Below, in pieces: positions 1 to 9,180 of a stretch of 32,868 nt of DNA. Below the pieces are notes generated by a model. The model was not told the origin of the DNA. It ran no database searches and worked only from the letters and a program-made list of their open reading frames with translations. The DNA is from a virus. The position numbers and the translations under genes were made by a program. Numbering within the stretch: position 1 is the first letter of the stretch; the number at the start of each line of letters is the position of its first letter. The stretch lies in the IMG/VR virus record IMGVR_UViG_3300045988_034103, one strand, 5' to 3'.

Positions 1-127
1 GAAAAACTTGTCAGACTGCTTCACGCGAACTTCACGCCGGATGATCTTGAAATTCACCTGACATATACCGTTCAGCCGGAAAGCGAAGAAGAAGCCGCCC
101 GGAATGCCCGCAATTACATACGCCGCA
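1..127. repeat. Terminal direct repeat, copy 1 (identical to 32742-32868)
   Basis: Manual comparison: gaaaaacttgtcagactgcttcacgcg...caattacatacgccgca occurs at both window ends. It lies inside the Rep coding sequence. Confidence 0.95.
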
Positions 128-633
128 TTCAGCGGATGCGGAAGAAAGCCGGATTACCGCCGCTGAAATACATCGTCGTGACAGAACGCGGCGGAAAGAC
201 CGGGCGTTATCATCATCACATCACGATCAGCGGCGGGTTAGATCGTGACGCGGTGGAGGCGGCTTGGGGTTTGGGATATGCGAACAGCCGCCGTCTGCAA
301 TTCACGGAAACAGGGCTTGCCGGTCTTGGGCATTACATCGTCAAGAAGCCCGTCGGCAAAAAGGCTTGGAATGCGTCAAAGAATCTGATTGACCCTGACC
401 CGAAAACACGCGACGGGCGCATTTCCGGCAGGCGGGCGGAAGAACTCGCACGGGACACGACCAACAACGCCGAATATGAAAAGCTGTACCCCGGCTATTT
501 CCTTGCGGAAGCTGGCGCGTTTCATAACGACGTGAACGGCGGACGGTATATCGTCGCCCGGTTTTACCGCCGGGACGGTAAATTTATAAAGCCACAGCGA
601 AAAACAAAAACGAATCGGAGGCGGAAAGAATGA
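1..633 (+). CDS. HUH rolling-circle replication initiator (Rep), C-terminal part; continues from 32592-32741 across the circular junction
   Basis: Frame 1 is open from base 1. Motifs IHLTYT, RYHHHITIS (HUH) and GLGHYIVKK (catalytic Tyr region). The joined product is about 260 aa. Confidence 0.8.
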   Translation, partial: EKLVRLLHANFTPDDLEIHLTYTVQPESEEEAARNARNYIRRIQRMRKKAGLPPLKYIVVTERGGKTGRYHHHITISGGLDRDAVEAAWGLGYANSRRLQFTETGLAGLGHYIVKKPVGKKAWNASKNLIDPDPKTRDGRISGRRAEELARDTTNNAEYEKLYPGYFLAEAGAFHNDVNGGRYIVARFYRRDGKFIKPQRKTKTNRRRKE

Positions 634-1031
634 CGGTAAATGAATTTGCACAGGATGTCCACAAAAACGCCGTTGCGCACGGTTGGTATGATGCGCCTAT
701 CACGTTCCCGGAAGTCGCGGTTATGATACACGCTGAAATCTCGGAAGCCGTGGAAGAATGGCGGAGCGGAAACCCGGTTATCTACGGAACGTGTGCGTTG
801 TCGCCGGAGAATTGCAAGTTTTCAAAAATCTGCGATAATGTCGGGCATCCTTCGGGCGCTGATACGGAGGGGAACTGCAAGCCGGAGGGCGTTGCGGTCG
901 AACTCTGCGATGCGGTCATGCGCATTATGGATTTCCTTGCGTTCATGGGCGTAGACATTGAAGCCGTGCTTGTGGCAAAGCACGAATACAACAAAGGGCG
1001 CGAATACCGGCACGGCGGGAATCGCGCATAA
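630..1031 (+). CDS. MazG-like nucleoside triphosphate pyrophosphohydrolase
   Basis: ATGA overlap with the Rep stop. EVAVMIHAEISEAVEEWR and PEGVAVELCDAVMRIMDF...EYNKGREYRHGG match the all-alpha NTP-PPase pattern common in phages. Confidence 0.7.
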   Translation: MTVNEFAQDVHKNAVAHGWYDAPITFPEVAVMIHAEISEAVEEWRSGNPVIYGTCALSPENCKFSKICDNVGHPSGADTEGNCKPEGVAVELCDAVMRIMDFLAFMGVDIEAVLVAKHEYNKGREYRHGGNRA

Positions 1032-1042
1032 GGAGGCGGGCT

Positions 1043-1486
1043 ATGATTAACTATTTCAACGCAGCGGAAAACACGCTGCGATCACGTTCAATGCTTGAAA
1101 AGGCATTGAAAAACCTGATGCGGCGGCAGGAAAGAATCATGCGCCACAATTCGCCGTCGGGCTATCCGTCGTTAGATACGTCGAAGCCGTACACAAGCAC
1201 GAAAAGTGTAAACGATGCGCTGACAGATTGCATTGAGATTGCCGAAGTTGCGCGGGAGATCAACCGCACGAAAGAAAAGATCGACGAAATCGACAGCGTA
1301 TTGCAGCAGCTTGACCCGCAAGACGCGGAATTACTGCGCCTATGGTACATAGAGCGGGAAAGCAAAGAAGAAATTGCCGCACAGGTGAACTATGCGTCGC
1401 GCACGTCGATCTACGATTTGCGCAATAAAGCCGTTGCGGGCTTTGCTGTGCTGTACTTCGGTGCGGATGCTGGGGCGCTGCTCTGA
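1043..1486 (+). CDS. Sigma-70 region-4-like HTH protein, ArpU/RinA-type late transcription regulator
   Basis: RBS aaggagg upstream. C-terminal LLRLWYIERESKEEIAAQVNYASRTSIYDLRNKAV resembles sigma r4/LuxR-type HTH. Sits just upstream of the packaging genes. Confidence 0.55.
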   Translation: MINYFNAAENTLRSRSMLEKALKNLMRRQERIMRHNSPSGYPSLDTSKPYTSTKSVNDALTDCIEIAEVAREINRTKEKIDEIDSVLQQLDPQDAELLRLWYIERESKEEIAAQVNYASRTSIYDLRNKAVAGFAVLYFGADAGALL

Positions 1487-1553
1487 CCGCGCCGGACGCT
1501 TTTGAAAAAAGTCTGAACAGAAAGTTTCGGAAATCCGTGCTATGCTGATAGCC

Positions 1554-1620
1554 GTAAAGGGAGGTCGAGGAAACCTCGCCGCCGTGCGCCTTGCGCTTAT
1601 GCGCAGGGCGTTCCCTTTAC
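1554..1620 (+). promoter_or_regulatory. Nested stem-loop element upstream of the HNH/terminase operon (terminator-, antiterminator- or cos-associated?)
   Basis: Outer stem GTAAAGGGA (1554-1562) / TCCCTTTAC (1612-1620). Inner 10-bp hairpin CGCCTTGCGC-TTAT-GCGCAGGGCG (1587-1610), followed by a T-rich tract. Confidence 0.3.
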
Positions 1621-1642
1621 CCTTTTGCAAGGAGGCAGCAGA

Positions 1643-1954
1643 ATGAAATCATTTGCAAAAGCATTCTACGAATCGGCAGCATGGCGGCGGACGCGGGCGT
1701 ACATCCTGAAACGCGACGCGGGGCTATGCGTCAGGTGCGGCGCGCCCGGTTGCATCGTCCATCACAAGACGGAATTAACGCCGCGAAACATAGATGACCC
1801 CATGATTACGCTGAACGAAGATAATCTTGAAACCGTCTGCCGGACGTGTCACGCGATCATTCACGAAGGAACGCCGCCGCTTGCAGACGGTCTTGCTTTT
1901 GATGCAGACGGAAACGTCATCGAATCCGCAATATCCCCCCCGGTGCGCCGCTGA
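1643..1954 (+). CDS. HNH homing-type endonuclease (terminase-associated)
   Basis: RBS aaggagg 6 nt upstream of ATG 1643. CVRCG...HHK...N...CRTCHAIIH motif. Typical HNH-TerS-TerL arrangement. Confidence 0.85.
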   Translation: MKSFAKAFYESAAWRRTRAYILKRDAGLCVRCGAPGCIVHHKTELTPRNIDDPMITLNEDNLETVCRTCHAIIHEGTPPLADGLAFDADGNVIESAISPPVRR

Positions 1955-2055
1955 AAATTTCCGGTGGCGTAACCGCGCTTCACCCACGTTTAGAACCGCC
2001 CCGGTCGCGCACATGAGGGGGGGTAACGCAAAATTCAGGAGGTGGCATACATTAT

Positions 2056-2442
2056 ATGGCGGAAGAAAAAAAGACATACGAAGATATGTCAAACCCTGAA
2101 AAAATTGACGCGAAAAAGCGAAAAATTAAAAAACTTTTCCGTGATTTACCCACAGAAAAGAAGCAATTCGCGGAGGGTTTAATCAATCAATTCGCGGTCA
2201 CGTCGGTTACGCTGGAACGCCTTGCCGACGCGATCAACAACGGCGATCTTATCGAAGATTTTGTGCAGGGCGCACAGAAAATGCGTCGGGAGTCCCCCAC
2301 CCTACGCGCCTATAACACGACGATCAAATCGTTTTCGACGCTGACAAATCAGCTTATCAGCCTGCTGCCGGAAAAGGAAAAGAAAACGGCGGGCGATGAA
2401 CTGATGCAGTTTATTACGAAGCCGAAAGCGGCGGGCAGATAA
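2056..2442 (+). CDS. terS: Terminase small subunit (P27-like family)
   Basis: 128 aa, placed between HNH and TerL. The stop overlaps the TerL ATG (TAATG). Sequence pattern is consistent with P27-family TerS. Confidence 0.7.
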   Translation: MAEEKKTYEDMSNPEKIDAKKRKIKKLFRDLPTEKKQFAEGLINQFAVTSVTLERLADAINNGDLIEDFVQGAQKMRRESPTLRAYNTTIKSFSTLTNQLISLLPEKEKKTAGDELMQFITKPKAAGR

Positions 2443-3010
2443 TGAACTATGTGCGCGAATACTGGGGCGGATTTCAAGCGGCGAGATCGTCACAAGCCGC
2501 CGCGTCAAAGCTGTTTATGGGCGGCTGATGCAGGAAATGGACGCGCCCTCGGATGATTCGGCGTACTATTTCGACGAAGAAACCGGGGAGCGCCCGATTT
2601 TGTTCATTGAGCAATTCTGCAAGCAATCACAGGGTACACTCGGCGCGGCGTTGAAGCTGGAATTATTTCAGAAGGCGTTCATTCAGACGCTATTCGGTTG
2701 GCTTGAAAAAGATACGGGATACCGGCGATTCCGCGAAACGCTGCTTTTGGTCGCCCGAAAGAACGGCAAAACGACGCTGCTTGCGGCTATCGCGCTGTAT
2801 CTGCTTGTCGCGGACTATGAGGGCGCGGCGGAAATCTATTCCGTAGCGACGAAAAAAGATCAGGCAAAAAAGACGCTGACCGAAGCCGTCAACATGGTCA
2901 AGCAGTCGCCGGAACTGCGCGCGATCATCAAAAAGCGCCGGAACGATATTTATTTTCCGGCGACGGCATCCATCTTTGAAGCCCTCGCGTCGGGATTCCA
3001 ACACGCTTGA
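2442..3010 (+). CDS. terL: Terminase large subunit, N-terminal ATPase fragment (frameshifted; longest ORF piece 2528-3010)
   Basis: ATG 2442 gives MNYVREYW, then the frame changes at the G-run 2464-2467 to ISSGEIVTSRRVKAVYGRLMQEMD. Walker A ARKNGKTT. The frame breaks again at GGG 2992-2994. Confidence 0.8.
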
Positions 3011-3120
3011 CGGTCTAAACTCCCACGCGGTTATCATCGACGAATTGCACGCCATTCGTGACCGCAATTTGTACGAAGTTATGAAGCAATCGACTCCAGC
3101 CGCCGACAGCCCATCGTGAT

Positions 3121-4095
3121 ATGATTACCACATCCGGCACGGTACGCGAATCCGTGTTTGATAACATTTACGAATTGGCGTGCAACATAGCCGACGGCAA
3201 GATCACGGAAGATACGTTTTTGCCGGTGCTGTATGAACTGGATGACCGCGCCGAATGGACAGACCCGCAAGCGTGGATAAAGGCGAATCCGGGACTCGGC
3301 ACGATCAAGCGTTATTCTACACTGGCATCATTCGTCGAGCGGGCAAAGAAGAACCCGGAAGATTTACCCGGCGTTCTCTGCAAGGATTTCAACGTAAAAT
3401 CCGTGACAGCGGCGGCGTGGTTAAGCTACGACGAAGTAAAGAGCGACGCGACGTTTACCATGCAAGACGTGTATAACACGTACGCAATCGGCGGTTGTGA
3501 CCTATCCGCGACAACTGACCTGACGTGCGCGACGCTCCTGATTCGCAAATCCGGGGATGACCCGCAAATTTACGTTTTACAGCATTACTTTTTACCGGCG
3601 AAGAAGCTGGAAATGCTGGACGAACACAACACGCAGGAAGCGCCCTATAAAACATGGGCTGACCGTGGTTTGCTGACGGTATGCGACGGCGTGCGCGTGG
3701 ACTATTCCGATGTTACGGCGTGGTTCTGCCAGATGCGCGACGAATACAAGATCGACACGTACAAAGTCGGATATGACCGCGCCCTCGCGGGTTACTGGGT
3801 CGATGAAATGACCTCCAACGGCTTTGAAATGGTCGCCGTTGCGCAGGGTCCGTTTACATGGTCGCAGCCGATGCGCGAAATGGGCGCAGCATTCGCAGAC
3901 AAAAAAGTGAATTACAACAAAAACCCCGTTTTGCTTTGGTGTCTGACGAACACGGCGGTCAAGAAAAGCGGGGTCAACAATATCCAGCCCGTAAAGATTT
4001 CCGACAAGCGCCGCATTGACGGCGCGGTTTCGCTCCTGAATGCGTGGGTCATCTATGTGCGGGATTTCGAGGACTATATGTATTTGGTGGGGTGA
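3121..4095 (+). CDS. terL: Terminase large subunit, C-terminal nuclease fragment
   Basis: ITTSGTVRE...PVLYELDD...GGCDLSATTDLT is typical Terminase_1. The missing middle (SNTLDGLNSHAVIIDELHAIRDRNLYEVMKQS, RRQPIVI) is readable in other frames across 3000-3120. Confidence 0.85.
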   Translation: MITTSGTVRESVFDNIYELACNIADGKITEDTFLPVLYELDDRAEWTDPQAWIKANPGLGTIKRYSTLASFVERAKKNPEDLPGVLCKDFNVKSVTAAAWLSYDEVKSDATFTMQDVYNTYAIGGCDLSATTDLTCATLLIRKSGDDPQIYVLQHYFLPAKKLEMLDEHNTQEAPYKTWADRGLLTVCDGVRVDYSDVTAWFCQMRDEYKIDTYKVGYDRALAGYWVDEMTSNGFEMVAVAQGPFTWSQPMREMGAAFADKKVNYNKNPVLLWCLTNTAVKKSGVNNIQPVKISDKRRIDGAVSLLNAWVIYVRDFEDYMYLVG

Positions 4096-4099
4096 TAAC

Positions 4100-5179
4100 A
4101 TGGCAGAAAAACGAGGGCTATTTCAGTCGATCTTCGGGAAGAAGCAGCAAAGCGACAAGGATTTTCATGCGTACAAGCTGCTTAGTTCGTGGGAATCGAC
4201 CTTTTCGCCGTATTCCGGCAATATGTGGGATATTAACACGGTTCGTTCCGCTGTGGACGCATTCGCCCGCCGCACATCGACCGCGCAGCCGCGCCACGTC
4301 CGGCAGTCCCCGGAAACGACGGTATCCGTCAATGACTACGTTGACCGCATCTTGCAGTATCAGCCGAATCCGTACATGACGGCGGCTGATTTTTATTACA
4401 AGCTGGCGGCACAATACAAGGTCTACAACAACGCCGTCGCGTATCCCGTCTTTGACAGTCAACGGCGGCTTGTGGCGATCTATCCCATCAACGCGCAGTA
4501 TTTTGAATTGCTTGAATACATGGGAACGCTGTATTGCCGGTTCAAATTCGCAACGGGCGCGTCGTATATCTGCGAGTATTCCCGCATTATCCACATCCGC
4601 AGACATTTTCTCGAAAACGATATTTTCGGGGATGACAACCGCCCGCTGAATCCTGTTTTGAAAACGGCGAACACGTTCAATCAGTCTATGTCGAAGTTTG
4701 CCGAACTCGTCGCCGTCATTCGCGGCATCCTGAAAGTTTCAAACGCCGTGAAAAATGAGGATTTGAACCGCCGCCGTGACGATTTCGTACGGGACAATTT
4801 GCGCATGGAGAACAACGGCGCGGGCATCGTGGTCACGGATTCCAAGTATGACTATACGCCGCTGAACGACAAGACAACGCCGATTCCGGCAAATCAGCTT
4901 GAATACATCAAGACAGAAATTTATGACTACCTCGGCGTTTCAAAAGAGATCGTCGAAAACACGGCTACCCCGCAGCAGGAACAGGCTTTTTTACAGCGGC
5001 GAAATCGCGCCGTTCTTCCGCAAGCTAACGCAGGCGTTCACGAACGTGCTGTTTACAGAACGAGAGATCGGACACGGCAACCGCATCATTTTCGCCGCAA
5101 ATTCCGTGCAGTTTGCAACGCTGCCCGAAAAGGTGACGGCGGCGAAATTCCTGACGGAGATCGGCGCGGCGACGCTTGA
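4100..5179 (+). CDS. Portal protein (HK97 family), N-terminal part; true frame is lost at T6 4987-4992
   Basis: Start MAEKRGLFQSIFGKK right after the TerL stop. Portal-like sequence runs to ...TATPQQEQAF, then out-of-frame Arg-rich junk runs to 5179. Confidence 0.8.
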   Translation: MAEKRGLFQSIFGKKQQSDKDFHAYKLLSSWESTFSPYSGNMWDINTVRSAVDAFARRTSTAQPRHVRQSPETTVSVNDYVDRILQYQPNPYMTAADFYYKLAAQYKVYNNAVAYPVFDSQRRLVAIYPINAQYFELLEYMGTLYCRFKFATGASYICEYSRIIHIRRHFLENDIFGDDNRPLNPVLKTANTFNQSMSKFAELVAVIRGILKVSNAVKNEDLNRRRDDFVRDNLRMENNGAGIVVTDSKYDYTPLNDKTTPIPANQLEYIKTEIYDYLGVSKEIVENTATPQQEQAFLQRRNRAVLPQANAGVHERAVYRTRDRTRQPHHFRRKFRAVCNAARKGDGGEIPDGDRRGDA

Positions 5180-5381
5180 CCAGATTTTGACCATGTTCGA
5201 TATGCCGACAATCGGCGGCGAAGAAGGTGCGCGCCGCGTCCAGACGTTGAACATGGTAAATGCAAAACTTGCCGACAAGTATCAGACGGGCGCAGACGAC
5301 GAAACGCCGCCGGATGACCCGAAGAAGGAAAAAGACCCGCCGCCCGCAGAGCCGGACGGCGGAGAAGCAAAGGAGGCTTAA
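4989..5381 (+). CDS. Portal protein, C-terminal part (other frame)
   Basis: FYSGEIAPFFRKLTQAFTNVLFTEREIGHGNRIIF...acidic tail continues the portal if one T is removed from 4987-4992. Confidence 0.75.
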   Translation, partial: FYSGEIAPFFRKLTQAFTNVLFTEREIGHGNRIIFAANSVQFATLPEKVTAAKFLTEIGAATLDQILTMFDMPTIGGEEGARRVQTLNMVNAKLADKYQTGADDETPPDDPKKEKDPPPAEPDGGEAKEA

Positions 5382-5385
5382 CGTT

Positions 5386-5973
5386 ATGGGTATGAAACAA
5401 GGGCGCGAATACCGCGCCGTGCAGGATTTTTCCCTCGTTCCCCGCGCAGAAGAAAAGGACGAATACCGCGTGCGCGGTACGGCGGTCGTGTTTGATACGC
5501 CGACGGTTCTTTTTGAATACGACGGCGTGAAGTATTCCGAGGTCATTGACCGCAACGCATTTGACGAATGCGATATGTCAGACGTGATTTTTAACTACAA
5601 TCACGGCGGCAAGGTGGTCGCCCGTCTGCGCAATAAAACGCTTACGCTGACCGTCGACGAACGCGGCTTGCACATGGAAGCCGACCTCGGCGGAACACAG
5701 GCGGGGCGCGAACTGTATGAGGAAATCGACGGCGGGTATGTCGATAAAATGTCATTTTCCTTTTCTGTGCGCGAATCAAAGTATGACAGCGTAACGCATA
5801 CCCGCACGATCACAAAGGTCAAGAAGCTATACGACGTGTCGGCGGTGGATATTCCCGCGTACAAAGACACAGAAATTTCCGCGCGCAGTTTCTTTGAAGT
5901 GGAGCATTCAAAGGAACTGGCGGCTTTGGAGCAAGCCGCGCGCAGGAAACGTCTGGTAGCTTTGACATACTGA
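5386..5973 (+). CDS. Prohead serine protease (HK97 / S78 family)
   Basis: RBS aaggagg. RGTAVVFDTP...NYNHGG...GRELYEEIDGGYVDKMSFSF...VSAVDIPAY. Sits between portal and capsid. Confidence 0.85.
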   Translation: MGMKQGREYRAVQDFSLVPRAEEKDEYRVRGTAVVFDTPTVLFEYDGVKYSEVIDRNAFDECDMSDVIFNYNHGGKVVARLRNKTLTLTVDERGLHMEADLGGTQAGRELYEEIDGGYVDKMSFSFSVRESKYDSVTHTRTITKVKKLYDVSAVDIPAYKDTEISARSFFEVEHSKELAALEQAARRKRLVALTY

Positions 5974-6008
5974 AAACCCACATTTTTTGAATTTATGGAG
6001 GTAAAAAC

Positions 6009-6545
6009 ATGAACATTGAGAAAAGACGCGCCGAAATCGCCGCGCGCAAGGCTGAAATCCGCAAGCTGCTTACCGATGACAAGAACGCCGACATTGACGC
6101 GCTGGAAAAGGAACTGCGCGAACTGAATGAGGAAGATGCAGGACTCGAAAAGCGTCAGGCAATCGAACGTATGCTGAATTCCGGCTCGGCTACGGGCAAT
6201 CCCATCGAAAACCCCGTCGCCGCCCGCAGCCTGCCCGTAGAGGATACGGAAAAGCTGTATCGTTCCGCATGGCTGAAAACCTTGCAGGGCAAGTCCCTGA
6301 CGGACGATGAAAAGCGCGTTTATGAGCAGCGCGCGTATTCGACCGCTGCAAACTCTGCGCTGCCCATCATCCCGGAAACGACTGCGAATCAGATCATCAA
6401 GAAAATGTACGAGGTCGCCCCGATTTTGCAGCGCTGCAAAATCTTCCACGTCCCGGCAATTTCAAATTCGCCGTCGAAGGTACGAACAGTGACGCGGCGC
6501 TCCACACGGAGAACGCAAGCATTACCGCCGCTTCCGACAGCCTGA
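6009..6545 (+). CDS. Major capsid protein (HK97 fold), N-terminal part with delta-like coiled coil; frame lost at 6452-6456
   Basis: The N-terminal coiled coil then ...IIKKMYEVAPILQRCKIFHVP is real. The remainder to 6545 is out of frame. Confidence 0.8.
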   Translation: MNIEKRRAEIAARKAEIRKLLTDDKNADIDALEKELRELNEEDAGLEKRQAIERMLNSGSATGNPIENPVAARSLPVEDTEKLYRSAWLKTLQGKSLTDDEKRVYEQRAYSTAANSALPIIPETTANQIIKKMYEVAPILQRCKIFHVPAISNSPSKVRTVTRRSTRRTQALPPLPTA

Positions 6546-6610
6546 CCTCCGTTTCCCTGACGGGCTACGAAATCGTCAAGCTGGTCAAGGCATCCCGCGC
6601 ATCTTCCGAA

Positions 6611-7189
6611 ATGGCGCTGTCCGCGTTTGAAAGCTACATTGTCGAAGTGATTGCCGAATCCATCGCCCGCAAAATCGAAAATTACATCTTCACGGGTACG
6701 GGCAGCGACCAGCCGGGCGGCGTGAAGGTCGCGGGCAAGGGTACAAGCGGCGCATACACGAACGGCACAGATCAGGTGACAGTTGCAAAAACGGAATCCC
6801 TTACAGAAGAAAATGTAGTTTCGCTTTACGGTATGCTTGCGTCCGGCTATGAGCGAAATGCCGTCTGGTGCATGAACAAGGCGACGTTCTTTACTGATTT
6901 CTTCCCGCTGATGAACAAGTCGAAGAACAACCTCATCGAATTCGCAGGCGGCAAGTATTACATCATGGGCGCAGAGGTCTACTTCACTGGTTCGCTTGCG
7001 GCACATGAAGCGTACTACGGCGATTTCGAGTACATCATCGGCAACTATTCGCAGGACATTACGGTTGTCCGCTCTGAGCATTCCGGGCTTGCAACCAACA
7101 GCATTGATTACCTCGGCGCGTGCGTCTTTGATTGCAAGCCGGTTGCCGGACTCGGTGCATTCGTGCATCTTACGAAAGCAACGGCGTAA
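6611..7189 (+). CDS. Major capsid protein, C-terminal part (homology actually resumes near 6458 in this frame)
   Basis: Frame 2 from 6458 reads NFKFAVEGTNSDAALHTENASITAASDSLTSVSLTGYEIVKLVKASRASSEMALSAFESYIVEVIAESIARKIENYIFTGTG..., typical HK97-type MCP. Confidence 0.85.
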   Translation: MALSAFESYIVEVIAESIARKIENYIFTGTGSDQPGGVKVAGKGTSGAYTNGTDQVTVAKTESLTEENVVSLYGMLASGYERNAVWCMNKATFFTDFFPLMNKSKNNLIEFAGGKYYIMGAEVYFTGSLAAHEAYYGDFEYIIGNYSQDITVVRSEHSGLATNSIDYLGACVFDCKPVAGLGAFVHLTKATA

Positions 7190-7204
7190 CGCGGAGGGCT
7201 GAAC

Positions 7205-7507
7205 ATGGCAGTTAGCAGCGAATATGTCGCGGCTATCCGTCAACGTTTGCGGCTGACAACCGACGATTTCGACAATGAAATTACCGACCTCATCAACGCC
7301 GCCCGCGCAGACCTTGCGCTCGGCGGCGTTGTTGAGGAAAAAGCGAACGACGAAACTGACCCGCTGATTCTGAAAGCGGTCGAAACGTATGTAAAGGCTG
7401 AGTTCGGGCTTGACAACGATGATGCGGAGCGATACCGCGCATCGTACAAAGAGCAGCGGAACGTTCTGACGCTATCGGATAAATACATTGTCGCGGAAGG
7501 AGGTTAG
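7205..7507 (+). CDS. Head-tail connector (gp6-like / Phage_connect_1)
   Basis: 100 aa. ...DDFDNEITDLINAARADL...ETYVKAEFG pattern. Sits immediately after the MCP. Confidence 0.7.
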   Translation: MAVSSEYVAAIRQRLRLTTDDFDNEITDLINAARADLALGGVVEEKANDETDPLILKAVETYVKAEFGLDNDDAERYRASYKEQRNVLTLSDKYIVAEGG

Positions 7508-7510
7508 CCC

Positions 7511-7819
7511 GTGTATTGGCGCGATGTCGTGATACTCTGCGCCGTAGTCACGGACACGGACGCGGACGGATACCCGGCGGAAGTCGTGAAGGAAACGCGC
7601 GTTTTCGCGGACGTGCAATCCGTCAAGCGCACGGAATTCTACGCCGCAAAGCAGATCGGCATTGATCTTGCAATAACCGTGAAAGTCCGATACGGCGATT
7701 ATGGCAATCAGGAACGTTTGCTGTTCAGCGGCAAGGAATACAAGGTCGAGCGGGCATACACGGACGCGCGCGAATTCTACACGCTGGAATGCTCTGAATT
7801 CAAGGAGGCAAGCGCATGA
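7511..7819 (+). CDS. Head-closure / head-tail adaptor protein (SPP1 gp16-like)
   Basis: GTG start. ...VFADVQSVKRTEFYAAKQIGIDLAITVKVRY...FSGKEYKV matches the head-closure family pattern. Confidence 0.7.
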   Translation: MYWRDVVILCAVVTDTDADGYPAEVVKETRVFADVQSVKRTEFYAAKQIGIDLAITVKVRYGDYGNQERLLFSGKEYKVERAYTDAREFYTLECSEFKEASA

Positions 7820-8148
7820 ATGTCAACGAAACGCTGAAAACGATGTTTTCCGACCTCCTGCCGGTCGCCGCTGATACCTACAAGGGCAAAGCGACGGAAT
7901 ACATCGTTTTCAACTATACGGCTATCCCGGAAGATTTCGGGGACGATGATGCGCAACACTGGCGCTATCTGACGCAGGTGCATTTATACGCGCCGCATGA
8001 AAAGAATTCGCTTGCGTACCGGCGGGAGATCACGCGGCGGCTTGTCGCCGGGGGCTTTACGCGCCCGACGATCACGCCCGCCTCCGATGAAACCGGGCAG
8101 CATTACGTTTTTGAATGCGAGATTTCCGGGGGCGTTGACGATGGCTGA
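7816..8148 (+). CDS. Neck / tail-completion protein (family uncertain)
   Basis: ATGA overlap with the upstream gene. 110 aa. Position lies between head-closure and gp10-like genes. Confidence 0.5.
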   Translation: MNVNETLKTMFSDLLPVAADTYKGKATEYIVFNYTAIPEDFGDDDAQHWRYLTQVHLYAPHEKNSLAYRREITRRLVAGGFTRPTITPASDETGQHYVFECEISGGVDDG

Positions 8149-8564
8149 ATTATCGACACAGGGGCTTGACGGTCTGATTGACGATATGACGGCGCTTATG
8201 GAACTGCCAGACGAAACCGTTTTGGAAATGCTGACGGCGGAGGCGGAAGTGGTCGCCGCCGCGCAGCAGTCCGAAGCGCAGAGCATGGGCGTATATGCGA
8301 CCGGCAAAACGGCGGGCAGTATTTCATACGACAAAAAAGTTGAAGGTCAAGGGCGCAAGCCGCGCAATCTACGTTTCACCGAAAGGGACGCGCAGCGACG
8401 GAAACAAGCGCCGCAACGCCGAGGTCGCATTCGTCAACGAATACGGCAAGGCTGGACAACCCGCCCGCCCATTCATCAATACAGCAAACGAAAAATCGGC
8501 AGACGCAGCCGTTGAAGCGGCAGCGGGTGTCTATGACAAGTATTTGAAATCGAAGAATCTTTAG
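8141..8564 (+). CDS. HK97 gp10-like head-tail joining protein, frameshifted at A6 8343-8348
   Basis: MAELSTQGLDGLIDDM...SISYDKK in one frame, then KVKGASRAIYVSPKGTRSDGNKRRNAEVAFVNEYGKAGQPARPFI (ORF 8295-8564) in the next. Confidence 0.75.
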
Positions 8565-8575
8565 GAGGTTACATT

Positions 8576-9169
8576 ATGGCACAGTTTGGAGCAAAACGCC
8601 CTGTTTTTGCGCCCATCAAGACCACGCCTGACGGCGCATTGCCGACGTATGATTACGAAAAGAAAGTCACAATCGGCAAGCTGGTCAAGGCGGATTTGAC
8701 CGTTACGAACGCTTCCGGCGAACTGTACGGCGACGATGCGCTTGCGGAAAAAGTCGATATGTTCGCGTCCGGCTCTCTGGCGCTGGAAACGGATGACAAG
8801 ACAGACGAAGTACAAACCGCCCTGCATGGTGCGACGAAGGACATGGAAAGCGGCGAAGTCACGGACTCCGACGGCGACGTAGCCCCGCGCGGCGGTCTTG
8901 TGTATTACAAGGTCATCATGCGCAAGGGTATCCGCTATTTCAAGGGCATCTTCCATCCCGAAACAAAGGCAATCCTCGGCAACGACAGCGCCGCAACAAA
9001 GGGTTCGTCTATCACGTTCGGCACGTCCAACACGACGTTTACGATCTTCCGCTGCAATTCCGGCGCATGGCGTATTACGAAGGAATTCACAGGTGACGGC
9101 GCGGAAGCGAATTGTATTGCGTGGTGCGATACGAAACTCGGCAAACCGACAACGGGTGGCGGCGGTTAA
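8576..9169 (+). CDS. Major tail protein (phi13-like family)
   Basis: RBS ggagg. 197 aa. Sits before the chaperone pair and tape measure. A hairpin follows downstream. Confidence 0.8.
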   Translation: MAQFGAKRPVFAPIKTTPDGALPTYDYEKKVTIGKLVKADLTVTNASGELYGDDALAEKVDMFASGSLALETDDKTDEVQTALHGATKDMESGEVTDSDGDVAPRGGLVYYKVIMRKGIRYFKGIFHPETKAILGNDSAATKGSSITFGTSNTTFTIFRCNSGAWRITKEFTGDGAEANCIAWCDTKLGKPTTGGGG

Positions 9170-9180
9170 ACAATCAGCAG

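Noticed and set aside
2442-8348. Programmed recoding as the explanation for the TerL, portal, capsid and gp10-like frame breaks
   Set aside because: There are too many sites, both + and - shifts, no slippery heptamers or downstream structures, and they fall inside conserved domains. Indel error or decay is more parsimonious. Only the chaperone A8 site looks programmed.
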